Source: Glaucostegus cemiculus (taxonomy: Eukaryota). Taken from it: DNA of 64,000 bases. Each line of letters begins with the position of its first letter. Position 1 is the first letter of the stretch. The stretch is taken from the NCBI GenBank assembly GCA_976551045.1, contig CDPCPM010000076.1, positions 26,412,001 through 26,476,000 on the forward strand, read 5' to 3'. The notes beneath the pieces are model-generated. The model had not been told where the DNA came from, did not search any database, and saw only the letters and a program-made list of their open reading frames with translations. The position numbers and the translations under genes are program-made. Shown piece by piece: positions 26,411-39,409 of this stretch.

Positions 26411-29400
26411 CCATCACTTACAGTAAAAAAAACTCAACATTTCTATTTTTCTAACAAATCTGTGATCAACTTGTTAACCTGGATGAGGCAATAACTACCC
26501 CTACTGTAAAAGGACTGCACAAGCTTTTTTAAAATATAGTGGCCAAACAGATCTGGCACATTACTGCATTTTCTAAGACCCAATGTCTTTCTCATCTCAA
26601 AAGGGCTGACAGAGGAAAACAGAGTGACAAGGGACAGAACAAATCTAAATAAAACAGTAGCCAAATGGCAGTTATGGGATTAATATACAGAATTGGATTT
26701 GGTCTCTGAAGATCATTGTAGTGAATATCAAACTGGCATGGTTAAAGCACTTCTGAGGCTGCTGTGAATTCTAGTGTGATCCCAGTGTAACAGGAACATA
26801 GTAGTCTCTACCCTGTAGCAGACATTGCATGGTGTTTAAATTTAGTTAAGCTAGTTAGATTAGCTGTGACATTTTAGATTGTTTTCAGTATGATAAATAA
26901 TGATCACATTTTTATATCCACATACTTTAATTCCATAAGAACATATTACATCTTTAAAGTGTCAATTTTCTCAATTTGCACATTTTCCAAAACTACCTTC
27001 AGAAAATAAGTTATATTTTATTATAGTGGTTCTTTAAAATACACATTGTCAAAATTAATATCAAACCAAAATATGCCGTTTTAATTTATTCCTTGCCTCC
27101 AATTCTTCCAAAATGATTCTGTTGCAGACGTTTTGACATACAGTGCTGAGGTTTTTTTTTACAAAAACAAAGAGCAAATAAAAATCCTCTTTCTTATGGA
27201 GCACAATGTCATAATTTCCAGATCTTCTAGCCTTTTGTCAGAGAAATTCATCCAAGCGATTCTGAGGCTTGCCTGTCATTGGATACCCTCAGAATAACCA
27301 AGATTTAGTAATGTTGCTTGATCTGCAGAGGAAAGATTCAAAAGGTCCTGAAAGGGAGCAAGTAATTAAATTGAAGGGGACCCAACTGAGTTGGTTCCAA
27401 TTTTAGGAATCTGACTCATGTAGGTCACCTTTAATTTAATTACTTACTTTCTCCCCTTTAGGCCAATACAGTGGTTGACCTTTCCCATTTTCTCATCACC
27501 ATTCATCTCATGACAAGCATAGCATAGCCCCTACACACACGCAAATCTCCTGCTGTTGTCAGCACATGTCGAACACACACACTCCAACATCCTGATGTGT
27601 ACAGCATGCTTCTCTTTCTCACTACCCCTTAATCTCAATGCAGGCCCCTAGCTGAAAATTTCCTGACACTAGCAGGCAATCAAATGCTGATCTCACCAGC
27701 TCCCTCTTTCCCATACACAAACACACACACACTCTTCCACTCACCAATCTCCCAAACCTTCTTGTCACCCAGCCTTGAACTGTTCCCATCTCTTGGCCTA
27801 GATTCAATAAGCAAACCAATACGTCTTGCTTTCTCTGCGATCCCAGTGCTCGGATTTCCCTACACAAGCACTGCAATGTCTCAGCATGGGAAGGCACGTG
27901 TGCAAGGGCTGTTCAGTTGTCCCCATGCTGCTGATTATTGAAATGTAGCATAATGATGGATTAACTTGCCATTATGGCTACCAATGAATTCCTAGGCCTC
28001 TTGTTTTTGGCCAGAAGCTATGGACCATATTTCCAGTGTCCCTACAATAACAACTAGAAGTGAATTACATTCCAGTTTCACTCTTTTCCTATGGATTTAA
28101 AAAAAATAGCAGCTCGTTGATAAAAATGCTGCGTAGTCAGCATCACCTGTGCATCCCTCGTTTCCCCGATATGGCACTGATGGAGCTTTGTTGAACTGCA
28201 CAGTTCTTATGCCCAGGTTACCATTACATGGAGTAGACAGGGAAATCAGAATCGAGAACCAAAGACAAAAAAGAAAAGGTGATATGCACCTAAGAATAAT
28301 GTGCTATGTGATGAGGGCTCTTGGAATTGATGAACCTATCGTTCCTGTTCACATTTCTATCCAATGATGTAGCTCATTTACATTCATCATAAAAAGCAGA
28401 ACCCTTTCATTCTGTTTTTGACACTCCACAGCAGCACTGTACTGTCATTCCTATACAAGCAGAGCAAGATATGACAAAGCAACTGACCAAACTGAACAAG
28501 GGAAGAATCTCAATGAATGACTCATCTAGAAAACTCACCAGCCATGATGTATGGTATAGCTGATGTCCTCTTTACACACTATAAAATTGTATGATTCTAC
28601 GTAGCCTTCGTATCTGCCTTAATACAATGCTGAACAGTATATCAAAGGACAAGATATGGTTCCAAATTGGAAGGCTAGTATTAGATGTAAAAAGTTCAAA
28701 TAATTTATAGTGAAATCAGCAGTAGAAAGTTTCAGTTATGAGCAACTTCAACTTAGCTATGCAAGGTTTCCTAAAAAAGTAACAAGAAGCAATTTTGCCC
28801 CAACAATTTGCTCTTGGTACAAAAAGTTCTCATAGATTCCAAATGTGCATGTATGCATAACTCAATTAAAATACCTGGATAAGATATTTAGCCACAATTG
28901 CTTTTAGAAACATCAATAGCTCTCTTGACAGATTTCCATGAGTTTATTGTCGCACCATGATAAATTATTTTCTCTGTATTTTTTTTTTAAATAAGGAACA
29001 TATACGAGATTAATCAACATGCATTTAATTATCATACATAGAACGTGACTGTTGGCACTAGCCACAAAACTAAAAGCAGATTAGACCATGCAAATGATTT
29101 AAGTGAAACCAAGTACATAAACTCCCCCTCCCCCCATTATAATCTATAAGATGTTTAAGAAATGGAATCAAATGGAAGCGCTCTGGTGCAAAAACTGTAT
29201 ATGCAGTATGACAAATTATTCTATTCATTTTAAACTTATTAACAAATTTGTCATGTTGCATTGCAGCTCTTAAGTACTTAATATTGCTAAGGCAATTTTT
29301 AATTGCATCAAACTGACGAGGCATTCAATGGTGATAAATTAGCTTGCTCCTGCTAATTCTTTCCCCAGTTTAACTCTTCCTCCCTGAGGTTCAAATGACC

Positions 29401-30952
29401 GCTTTACTGCAGCTCTGGAAAATTACAAACTATAAAGCACATTAAATAGTTTTGGCAGATATGCTGATTTGCCAAATGAACCCTTTCAAAAACGGGTTCT
29501 AGAAAGCCTACTTAGCAACCACATGCTGACTCTCTCATAGACAACAGCCTAAATAATAGATGAAGATTGCTTAACAGACACATATGACAATACTCTGCCT
29601 GCCATTTTAAGAGGTTTTTTGCCATTTTAAACAGATTAATGGTTCAACTAAAATATGACAAAAGAACAATGTAAGAACATGTTATGCATTATCATCATCA
29701 ATTTGACTGAAAGTGATTCCATCATCAAATCTAATATATTAAATGACTGATGGCTCTCTGTAGATGAACTAATTTATCCAAAGATCAACTGAACTTCACA
29801 GAGCAGCAAAAAGTTCTAAGTTTGAACTACTTCTGTGCCAACCCAGTTCAGCGATATTTACAATAGAATCCTCCATAATCAAAACAATCTTGTCAAAAGT
29901 GAACAATAGAAATATGAAAGAGGAAACCAATTTGGATTTTTTGACATTGCTTTGCAATGCCCTCTCAAACACACACAAAAAGCCAAACTGCCCAAAATAC
30001 CAGGTGACGTTCTCAACTGAGAAAGCATATTCCTTTAGAAGAGGAGAGCATAAAACAAATAAGGACTAAAAAATAAAAAAAAAATTTCATAGAAGTTTTA
30101 GAAATACAAACTTTAAAAGTGGCAATGCTCAAGCATAGAAAAGGTAAATTTCTCTCCTGCAAATTGTTTGCAATAGGTGGTCAGTTGCTATACTCAGCCA
30201 GACTCGGAGTGAAAATTGGTTAGCCAACATTGTGGTCAGAATCAAAATGACTCAAGCATCACTGGTACTTTCAAACCTCTTCACCAAAACCCATGTGAAA
30301 CAGATTCAAGCATATTTTGTGGATAAGTGCACATTAAGCACTAGAGAAAGCATTGAAACCTTCTACTTTGTATATTCATCTCTTCCTTGATGCTTGTTAC
30401 CAGTTTGATACAGCACCACTTCAGTTTACATAGCACTTTGAAGTGCTCAGTTCACATTGTACTTGGAAGAACAATGGCTTAGAGATTCAAATAAATAGTG
30501 CAGCTTCCCCACCCTCACACGTCACATATGAAAATTATTTCATAAGTGAAACATGTTTACGATGAATGATGAACATCCAATCGTTCACTTCCAGTTGTCA
30601 ATTACCACTGTGACTCTCATGTCAGGTGATAATGGAAGGAAGTAATTTCCCACACAACATTCTTCACCATCTCAAAGCAATCAACTTTAACATCACTGAT
30701 CCTTGATCAGGTGCCAGCACTGAGAGGTTTCCTACTTCCTTGGGTTCACAAACAAGGGTACTACTTCTCTCACTTACCAAATTCAGCTTGAATTAAAATT
30801 GCTATATTGTATGTCTCCCTCCCCATACCACTAATTTAATGCAGTTTCTGGAAACCTTTACTGTAAGACTGCCTAGGACCATTCAAGACCAAGTTTCAGA
30901 CAGAATAGTGGGTCTTGGTAGGAAAGTCCTCATGGATATTTCTAACATAAAG

Positions 30953-31269
30953 TGAACATCTCTAATACTAGAGGGCATACATTTAAGGTGAGAGGGGGCA
31001 AATTCAAAGGAGATGTGTGCGGGAAGTTTTTCCTTTACCCAGAAAGTGGTGGGTGGCTGGAATACGCTGCCGGGGTGGCAGTGGAGGCAAATATGATGCA
31101 GGTGTTCAAGAGGCTCTTAGGTAGGCACAGGAATATGCAGAGAAAGGAGGATATGAACATTATGTAGGCAGAAGGGATTAGTTTAGTTAGGTGTTTAATT
31201 ACCTGTTTAATTAGTTCAGCACAATATTGTGGACCAAAGTGTCTCTTCCTGTGTGGTACTGTTCTATGT
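30953..31269 (+). mobile_element. CR1/HER1-type LINE 3' end
   Basis: Translates as NTRGHTFKVRGGKFKGDV, the CR1 ORF2 C-terminal TRGH motif, and ends with the tail gtactgttctatgt. Homologous to 60140-60425 and 33150-33435. Confidence 0.85.
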
Positions 31270-31971
31270 AGGCAAGTGTGATAGTTTCTATTGCAGGTGT
31301 TTTATTTTCTCTGTTGCTTGTTATTATAAATGTTCTCAATACATTGAATAATATGAAAAATTGAGCTAAAAATGAAACATAAATTACTTGAATAGGTTGA
31401 ATAGTTTTATATAGTTTATGAATGGTCGCCTTGAGTGAGTGTTGAGATTTTGTCCATTGGTAGTTCTTGCATTTTATAATGATACTGCCTATATGTGACA
31501 AGTTGTTATTGATCATCAAGGAACTGCAATGACTTGTGCACACTCTCTGAAGATCACAAAGTACAAGCAAATTTCAGCAGGCATGGATTTTGCAAGCACA
31601 GGTCTGTTGCAGATGGTTACCACCCCACTTCCCCACCAAGTCTTAACTGGTCCAGAGCGGCAACAGTAGATGTGTCCCATAAAATCCCCCTGGGCAACTT
31701 TAACAGCAGCAAAGTTCAGCCCTCCCAAATTTCCTGCCGTCAAAACTATTAGTAATTTTAGAAGCTTTTGCAATGTTAGTCATTCATAAATGTTCAGAAA
31801 TTATCAAAATTGAAATAAGTTAAAGATTTATAAGTCACATTTTTTCCCCACAATAATAAGCAGCAGGCCAGGATCCAAGAGTCAAACATCAAGATTAAAT
31901 ACCAAGTAAACTCAGTGAGGTCCAACTTTGCCACTGGACTCCATACTGAGTATAGCAGCAGAGCAGGGGAG

Positions 31972-32115
31972 AAACAAGAGACTGCAGATACTAGAATCTG
32001 TAGCAACAAACAATCTGGAGGAACTCAGCAGGTCATGCAGATTCTTTGGGAGGAAAGGGATTGTTGGCATTTTGGGTCGAAACCCTGCATCAGGTCCTGA
32101 TGCAGGGCTTCAACC
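31972..32115 (-). mobile_element. Short Penelope-like terminal unit with an inverted duplication of its end
   Basis: Same family as 770-905 and 36550-36682; it ends in a 20-bp inverted repeat centred at 32095. Confidence 0.65.
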
Positions 32116-32428
32116 TTACTGACCAAATCCAGATTATCTTTGCTCCCTAGACTTAAGCCTCAACACACCAGACTGAGACTCTGATGTGCAACCCAGTTAG
32201 GGGGAGGGACCAATAGGGGCACAATAATCACCAAGCATAATAAGAACACAAAACCGTGTGTTTGATGCATCTGAAAAGCCCAACCAAAAGTTAAATGCCT
32301 ATGCATGCCATTGAACCCAGGAAGCATCAATACCAAAATGACCATAACAAAGCTGGAGCTGTCTGAGGCTTCACAGTATAGTGCATGACTGAGACAAGAG
32401 ATTCGACAGATGCTGGAATCTGGAGCAA

Positions 32429-32452
32429 CACACACACACACACACACACACA
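32429..32452. repeat. (CA)12 microsatellite inside a truncated Penelope-like terminal unit (32391-32475)
   Basis: Read directly from the sequence. Confidence 0.95.
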
Positions 32453-32499
32453 AATGCTAGAGGAACTCAACAGGTGCATTTTTTAAGGATATGACATAT

Positions 32500-33438
32500 T
32501 AATGATTCAGATGGAAATGTAGGTGGCATGATCAGTAAGTTTGCAAATAACAGCAAAATTGGTGGCTTTGTGGATAGTGAAGAAGGTTGTCCAAGGTTAC
32601 AACAGGACATTGATCAAATGGGAAAGTGAGCAAAAGAATGGCAGATGGAAATTAACCTCGGACAAATGTGAAGTGATTGCATTTTGGGAAGTTAAACCAA
32701 ATCAAGACAGTTAATGGCAGGGCCCGTGAAGTATTGTTGAACAGAGAGACTTTGAGGTACAAGTACATAGTTCCCCGACAGTGGGAACACAGATAGACAG
32801 GGTGGGTGAAGGCGGCATATGGCACGCTTGCCTTCATCGGCCAAGGCATTGAATGCAAGAGTTGGAACATCATGTTACAGTTGTGAGGCTGCACTTGGGA
32901 GTACAGTGTGCATTTCTGGTCACCACTGTACAGGAAAGATGTGATTAAGTTAGAGGATGCTGGAAAGATTTACAAGGATGTTGCCTGGATTGAAGAGCTT
33001 GAGTTTATAAGGAGAGATTGGAGTGGCTGGGTCCTTTTTTCCCCTGGAGCGAAGGAGGTCAAGAGATGATGCAATAGAGGTTTAGAAAAATCATGAGGGG
33101 CACAGATCAGGTAGAAAGGCAGAGTGTGTTTCCCATGGGAGGGGTGTCTAAAACTAGAGGGCATAGGTTTAAGGTGAAGGGAGGAAGTTTAAAGGGGATC
33201 TGAGGGGTAGATCTTCCAAAGGGTAATTGGTTTTTGTAATGAGCTGTTGGTGGTGATGCAGGCAGGAATAGTAACAACAGTTAAGAGGCATCTGAAAGCA
33301 TCAGGTACTTGAATGAGCAGGGAACAGAGGGCTATGAAATAAATGTGGGCAAGTGAGATTAGTATAGATAGGTACGATGGTCAGCATAGACACGGTAGGC
33401 CAAAGGACCTGCCGCTATGTTGTCCAATCTGTGACTAT
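32500..33438 (+). mobile_element. CR1-type LINE 3' ~0.9 kb (RT C-terminus plus tail), pseudogenised
   Basis: GGMISKFANNSKIGG (decayed KFADDTK), QQDIDQM, KCEVIAFW, and KTRGHRFKV motifs, with several frameshifts and a 3' tail ggccaaaggacctg. Confidence 0.88.
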
Positions 33439-34474
33439 AATTGATATACCACTGGGAGAAAACCTTAATGCAACAAGGCCACTAGCCTACCATCAGAAGC
33501 ACACTTAGAAAATTCCCTGCATAGCATAGCCCAATAAACTTTAGTAAACGAGGATGCAGAATGCAATTATGCTGGTAGAAAAGCACTTTGATTTTTAGAG
33601 AAATTGACTGAATGGAATGCAAAACAATTCTATGACATGCTGTGCTTGCCATTCAAGTAAGAAAGAAGGTCTATTACACAAACTTGAGATATAAAGTAAT
33701 GCAGAAAAGAGGTAGGAAACAGTGACTAACTGTCTGAGAAGCTATTCAGAATGAGGACATGCTGAGTGCAGTGTTCCTCAAGTTATGTTTTGCCCAATTG
33801 TATTTACAATTTATCTGTATTGATTGATATTAATAGACATTAGTAAACCGAAGGGGACCATTGAATCTTGTTGAAGCAGGCTTCAGTCAAAGAAGATATT
33901 GGTAGATTAGTGAGGGATTCAGGAAAAAAGGTTGATTGCTGACAATAACCATGAATATATCCTTCTAGTTAAAGACAAAGTTGGGCAACTGTTACAGAAG
34001 AGGTACAGTTCCAGTGGCCATAAAGGTGGGCTTTTCAAAATGCAAATAAAACATGGCCAACTATCAACTCCAAGGTTCTTAAATGAATTTGGCAACTATC
34101 TGGCTACTGAAGTCTGCAAAGGCAATATCTGGTTTCCAGAATTTTGATGGTGTAGGAATCTTAGGTTATTATGGAAACAATTTCAAGATATTCAAAGGGA
34201 CATTAAGAATTGTATTTTTCTGCTTTGATACTGCCAAGATGCTTTTCACACTTAACTGAAGTTCACTTTGCCAATGTTTATTCTGAAGGGGCAAGAAACA
34301 TTCAGAATACAAAACTTTGAAACTACAAACGTATAAGTGCAAATTGGCTATGATAGATTGGGAACTTTGTTAACAGTATTGACGGTGGATAACACTTAAA
34401 GAATGTATACATGAATTACAACAATTATTCTTTCCTGCTCTGTACAATAATATGCCAGCAAATAGTGCTACACC

Positions 34475-34885
34475 ATGGCTTAAGGAAATTAAGGATAGAT
34501 TCAAAGAGAAGAGGCATAAACAATTCTGAAAAAGCAGCAGCCCCGAGGATTGGCAGCAATTTGTAACTCAGTAGATGATGAAAAGATTAAGAGGGAAGAC
34601 GGAGTATGGGAGTAAGGCTGTAGTGTACATTAAAAACCAACTAAAAACCTTTAAAAACATGCATGGAGAAAAAGATTAATGAAAACAAACGTAGGTACCT
34701 TCAGTCAAATATGTTTGCGAATTAAGAGTCTAGAGAGAGGAAGGATTCAAAGGAGATCAGTGTTAATAAAGAAATAGTGCTATGGAAATTAATGGAGTTA
34801 ATGGCTGACATATTTACTGGGTTTGATAATCTACATCCCACAGCACTAAAGGAAGCACCCTTGGAAATGGTCATCTTCCAAGACT
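34475..34885 (+). mobile_element. Degraded CR1-type LINE internal fragment
   Basis: ccatggcttaaggaaattaaggatag, gaggattggcagcaattt and gataatctacatcccacagcactaaaggaag (D.LHP..LKE motif) are typical of the CR1 ORF2 inter-domain region. Confidence 0.55.
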
Positions 34886-35180
34886 CCTAGCATCTGCAGG
34901 TTTCACAGCTCAAACCCAAAAAATGCCCACTGCTAGGTTTTAATGCCATTTGGTGACAATTTCAGCTCATAACCAGCCACTTCAAGATTACAAAAGCCAA
35001 TGAAATTCAGTTCTGATGTTATAACTGGTCATAATCAAAACACACTTAGAATTATTTGAAGTAATCAGCACTACCAGTCCTTAAGGAAAAGTAAACTCTG
35101 CCTGTCAGATCATTTCTTTCATATTTATGAAGTATCTAAATTTATCTGTGTATATATATCAAATTTCTTTATAACACTAA

Positions 35181-35526
35181 AGGAGGCCATTCAGTCTGAG
35201 TCTATGCTGGCTCATGAAGCAATTCTATTGATCCTATTCCCTACTTTTATTTCTTTAAAACTTGCTCTCTCACACATACCCATTAACACCTCACCGATTC
35301 TCCTGCCACCCATCTACACTGCAGGCAATTTACAGCAGCCAATTAACCTCACAACCAGTATATTTTTAGGATGTAGGATATGGGAAGGAACCGAAGCACC
35401 AGGGAGGAAAACCCAGTTCATTGCAAAGAGAATGTGCAAACTTCTCACAGACAACACTGGAGGTCAGGACCAAACTCGGGTCAGTGGAGCTACAAGTAGC
35501 TATAGTACCTGCAAGTGCCACTGTGA
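35181..35526 (-). mobile_element. Old V-SINE-like element
   Basis: Inverted V-domain (tgggaaggaaccgaagcaccagggaggaaaaccca..gagaatgtgcaaact) and an inverted tRNA-like head ending gtgccactgtg. Confidence 0.65.
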
Positions 35527-36549
35527 CCCCTTTTTATCCCCACTTAGCTCCTATGATTAATTATGTTTTATTCTTCAAGTCAAGCTACTCTATATTTGGA
35601 GTGAACCACATTAACAGAACAGATTTTTCTTGCAAGTATTATGAATAAATTGTTGAATAGTGAGCACAATTCCTTTGCAAATTACGAGTCTGAATGACAA
35701 GCTCAGGGCAAATGAGACCATTAAAATCAAGTTCACACCTACCAATAATCCTCAGTAGGTTACAGTACAGTATTTAACTGTTCTGTTGAACTGAGTGAAC
35801 AAAGTGGCTTGGCAAGTGGAGGAGCAAATTGAGTACAGACAGAAATTAAACAGAGTGAAGAGTTTGTGGCCTGGTATATCTTGTATGCTTCAACTAAGCT
35901 GCTGTCATTAAGTCAAGTTAACCCAAAATCTACAAAATAATTTAGGAATACACCCAAACTTCATGTGGATGCAAGTAAGAGTACAAAAGCCCAAGATGCT
36001 GAAATTCTTGAAATTTTAAAATTACAAGTATCAAATGATTTCAGCAATATTCATGAACATCAGGGAAAGTGTGCAATAAGCCTAATTTTTCAATTTTTAA
36101 ATCTCACTCGTTCTTTTATTATTAAAATGTTTTTCAATAAACAGTTGACCATGCAGGCTTCCAATGCAAAACAAAACCAAAATTTTAAGAACATTGGTTC
36201 TTCAATATAATAACCTATTACTGTCAAATGTAAAGTACAAGAATTTTATTCAAATAACACTACTATATGTTGACTCAACAAATCCTGGAGGGACAGCTTT
36301 AATGCTCAGAAAGCATTAAATCGAATACCAGTAAATAGATATCAAATATAGATTAGTTTCTGATTTTAGAGAATACAAGCTGCTAGTAAATTACTAAAAC
36401 AGGCTGTTGTCATCACTGATCATAAAATGTAATGTTATTTGATAGATATTACATGTAATTTTTTTTAGAATAATTTTCAATTCTCGTAAAGATGGAGAAA
36501 AAGCTAATTTTTGAGTAATTTTTTCAATTCAAATACAAATAAAATTCAG

Positions 36550-36682
36550 AGACACAAGAGACTGTAGATACTGGAATCCGGAGCGAAAAAACAAACTTCT
36601 GGAGTAACTTAACAGGTCAGGCAGCATTGTAGAGGGAAATGGACAGTCTATCTTTTGGGACGAGACCCTTCACATGCACTGG
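36550..36682 (-). mobile_element. 133-nt Penelope-like terminal element with a 15-bp target-site duplication
   Basis: Flanked by ACAAATAAAATTCAG (36535-36549) and ACAATTAAAATTCAG (36683-36697); the body matches 770-905. Confidence 0.75.
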
Positions 36683-37016
36683 ACAATTAAAATTCAGGTG
36701 TACAAACAGATGTTTTTCAACAGACTAATTTTAAATTTGGAGCGTATTGGACTACTACACTTTTAAAACTGTTCAATATTGCTAAAGTTAACTTTTATAC
36801 AGACCATCATATTAATGCCAGTATTTGAGAGACAAGAACCATGAAAATGCTGAACAACTTCCTGCATTATATTCTGTACAAGTTGTGTAATACTCAATGA
36901 GCTTTTACACATTACACTGTACATAATTCAAGCAGGTAGTGTAGTTAAAAATTCTGATTAGTGCTTTCAAGATTAAACAGATTGGTACAATATCATTAAC
37001 TTTGTTTAATATTTAC

Positions 37017-37150
37017 CCAAGCAACATAAAAACACCTGCAGGCATCAAGAGAATCTCATTGCACGCGATGAACTTGAACAGGATCTGCTGGTGCATTGTC
37101 ATTTTGTCTAAGAAGGATCGCATCCATGGTATGGAATTAGGGCCAATAAT
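37017..37150 (-). CDS. TMEM33: TMEM33-family coding exon (equivalent to exon 5, 134 nt)
   Basis: ...ttcttgtttcttttattgtag|ATT ATT GGC CCT AAT...ATG TTG CTT GG|gtaaat gives IIGPNSIPWMRSFLDKMTMHQQILFKFIACNEILLMPAGVFMLL(G). It contains the TMEM33 motif KFIACNEI.LMPA, has a strong polypyrimidine tract, and is in frame with the previous exon. Confidence 0.95.
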
Positions 37151-39042
37151 CTACAATAAAAGAAACAAGAAAAATTACTAAATTTACTGACTGACTGTTG
37201 GCTTAATTATCGTCCATAAAAATCAAACTACTTAACAGTAATATCATACTTGAGTGCACTGTAGAGACATGTACAAAATTACAATGCATCTTCCATACAT
37301 TGCAAGGTAATACACTTCAAATTAGAAATTATGAAAATCTTTGATGTCTTAAAACATTGTTATACAGTATTCTTCAAAACCTCTGTACACTATCAAACCA
37401 AAACATATCGACCATTTTTTCCTTTCTATAAATAGTGTTAAAATTATCCTTTTTATATAAACTTAATCATACATATAAACAGATGGGTAGAATGACTTTG
37501 TCAGGAAACAAGTGTCACATTATTTAATGATTAAAAAAAACACACAAAAAAGCTTCACCACTTACTCAGGAATTTTCTAACCAATTATGCACATGTTTCA
37601 TTTGTCGCACTAAAGTTAGAAACCTTGTATTTCTAGAACCTCCATCAGTCCATGTTTTAATTGGAATATGCTGCCTGTTTAAAAACTTCTTTGATCCTTC
37701 ACAATTAGTTTATTTTTACTGCAATGACAAAAATGTTGTCTCTCTCTCTCCTGCTGTAAGTTAAGCTTTAGCTGGGAAACCAAAACAAAGTTCAATGATT
37801 CGTTAATTTTGAAATTTAAAAGAATATGTTACCAAAAAAGCATTTGTACAGTCACACCAAACAGTACATGTTAACACAATTCTAAGGGCTCAAAGTCAAA
37901 TATTGGTGTTTTTCCCAACAAGGTTATAACCAATTCAAAGCTATAAAGCAGGGGATGCCTATTCAGCTGAAAATTATACAGGCTTTAAAATGTGCAACAA
38001 CGGTATGCTTTGAACTTGTGTCTTAATTGTATTCCGGGCTTAATTGGCACATTGTGGTTTGCATGTAGCCATCTTAACGAATGTGATTAAGTCATTTTGT
38101 TCTTATTCCTAAATGGTGTTAGATGGGAAAATAAAAGAAATTAATTATAAAATATAATTACAAGATTAACCTGCTAGGGATGCAGGTTATTTCCAACAAT
38201 GCTTAGATTTAACAGAAAAATAAAATCCTGATAGACTTTGACAGGTGTTAACCTACGTCCAGCATCACCTGTGTACTTCAAACATTGGCCTCGATTTGTG
38301 ACCACCAATGGCATAACAGTTGATGGTGATGAAGAATGCTGTCCACAACAAATTTGAATCTTTGGTATGGATTTCAAGGTTTCCTCACAACCTTAGTTGC
38401 TGTCACGTCTAGAGGACTTCTGGCATCTAAGCAACGTGCAAACACATTACTGAGTTCATCAAGACTTCAAAAGCAAGAAGTTAAAAAAAAATTGCCACCA
38501 ACTTTTTAAACATTTCCTATAGCAGGGAAAATAGTTGGAAAGTGCATGTGAAAATTTTATTTTTACATAAGATTAAATTAGAAACTAAAATATGGGCAAT
38601 TTAAATATGAATTTTAAAAATGGCATGAATTTTGAATTATTTATCTGGATGAATGATGAGCACACATTTAAAATGAATTATTTTAGGGCCAGAGAGGTTG
38701 TCAAGCAGTAATTATGTCTTAATAAGCCTTTAAAACTTCGTTATTCTCATGTAACCAAAGCAAAACATTTTCAGATTTTCAAACAAAAAGCAGCAAAATG
38801 ATTTTGCTAACACTATGTTGTTGCAGGCTCACTGAAATTTGAAGATTATGTTGGGGAAGGCTATAACAGTACACCCTGTGGAGGCGCAGGAAATCACTGA
38901 CCGGAGTTTAAATGAACACATGCGCACTCCAGCTGTCGTATTTCCTGATTACAATCACGACTGTTGGAAGACTCGCTGTTATTCTTGATGCAAATACAGG
39001 CCAAAATATTAAAGCCAACTTAACTGTTAATTGTTAACTTAA

Positions 39043-39173
39043 TTGTTAGATAAGCACATGGAAGAATGTGGAATAGTAGGATATGAGGGTGGAAAGAGTT
39101 AGTTTGGGAGATGTTTGTAGGATGGCACAGCTTGATGGGCCGAAGGGCCTGTTCTGTGCTGTATTGTTCTATG
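39043..39173 (+). mobile_element. CR1/HER1-type LINE 3' tail
   Basis: ttgttagataagcacatggaagaat...ggccgaagggcctgttctgtgctgtattgttctatg is near-identical in layout to 60286-60423. Confidence 0.85.
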
Positions 39174-39409
39174 TAATTCAGTTAAAACTAGTACAGGTTT
39201 TATGATATACATAATGGCTACACAGAAAACCTCCCTGGTCTCACTTCAAGTGAATCAAAAGAACAACTATTTTAATGATCACAATGTCTTGAATGGTAGC
39301 AATTTTCTTAATCTCCATTCTTGAAATTATCAGAAAACTTAATTTATTTAACATGGGATATTGTAACATAGTAGATAAGTTACTAACTAGAGTACATCCA
39401 GATGCCTGA

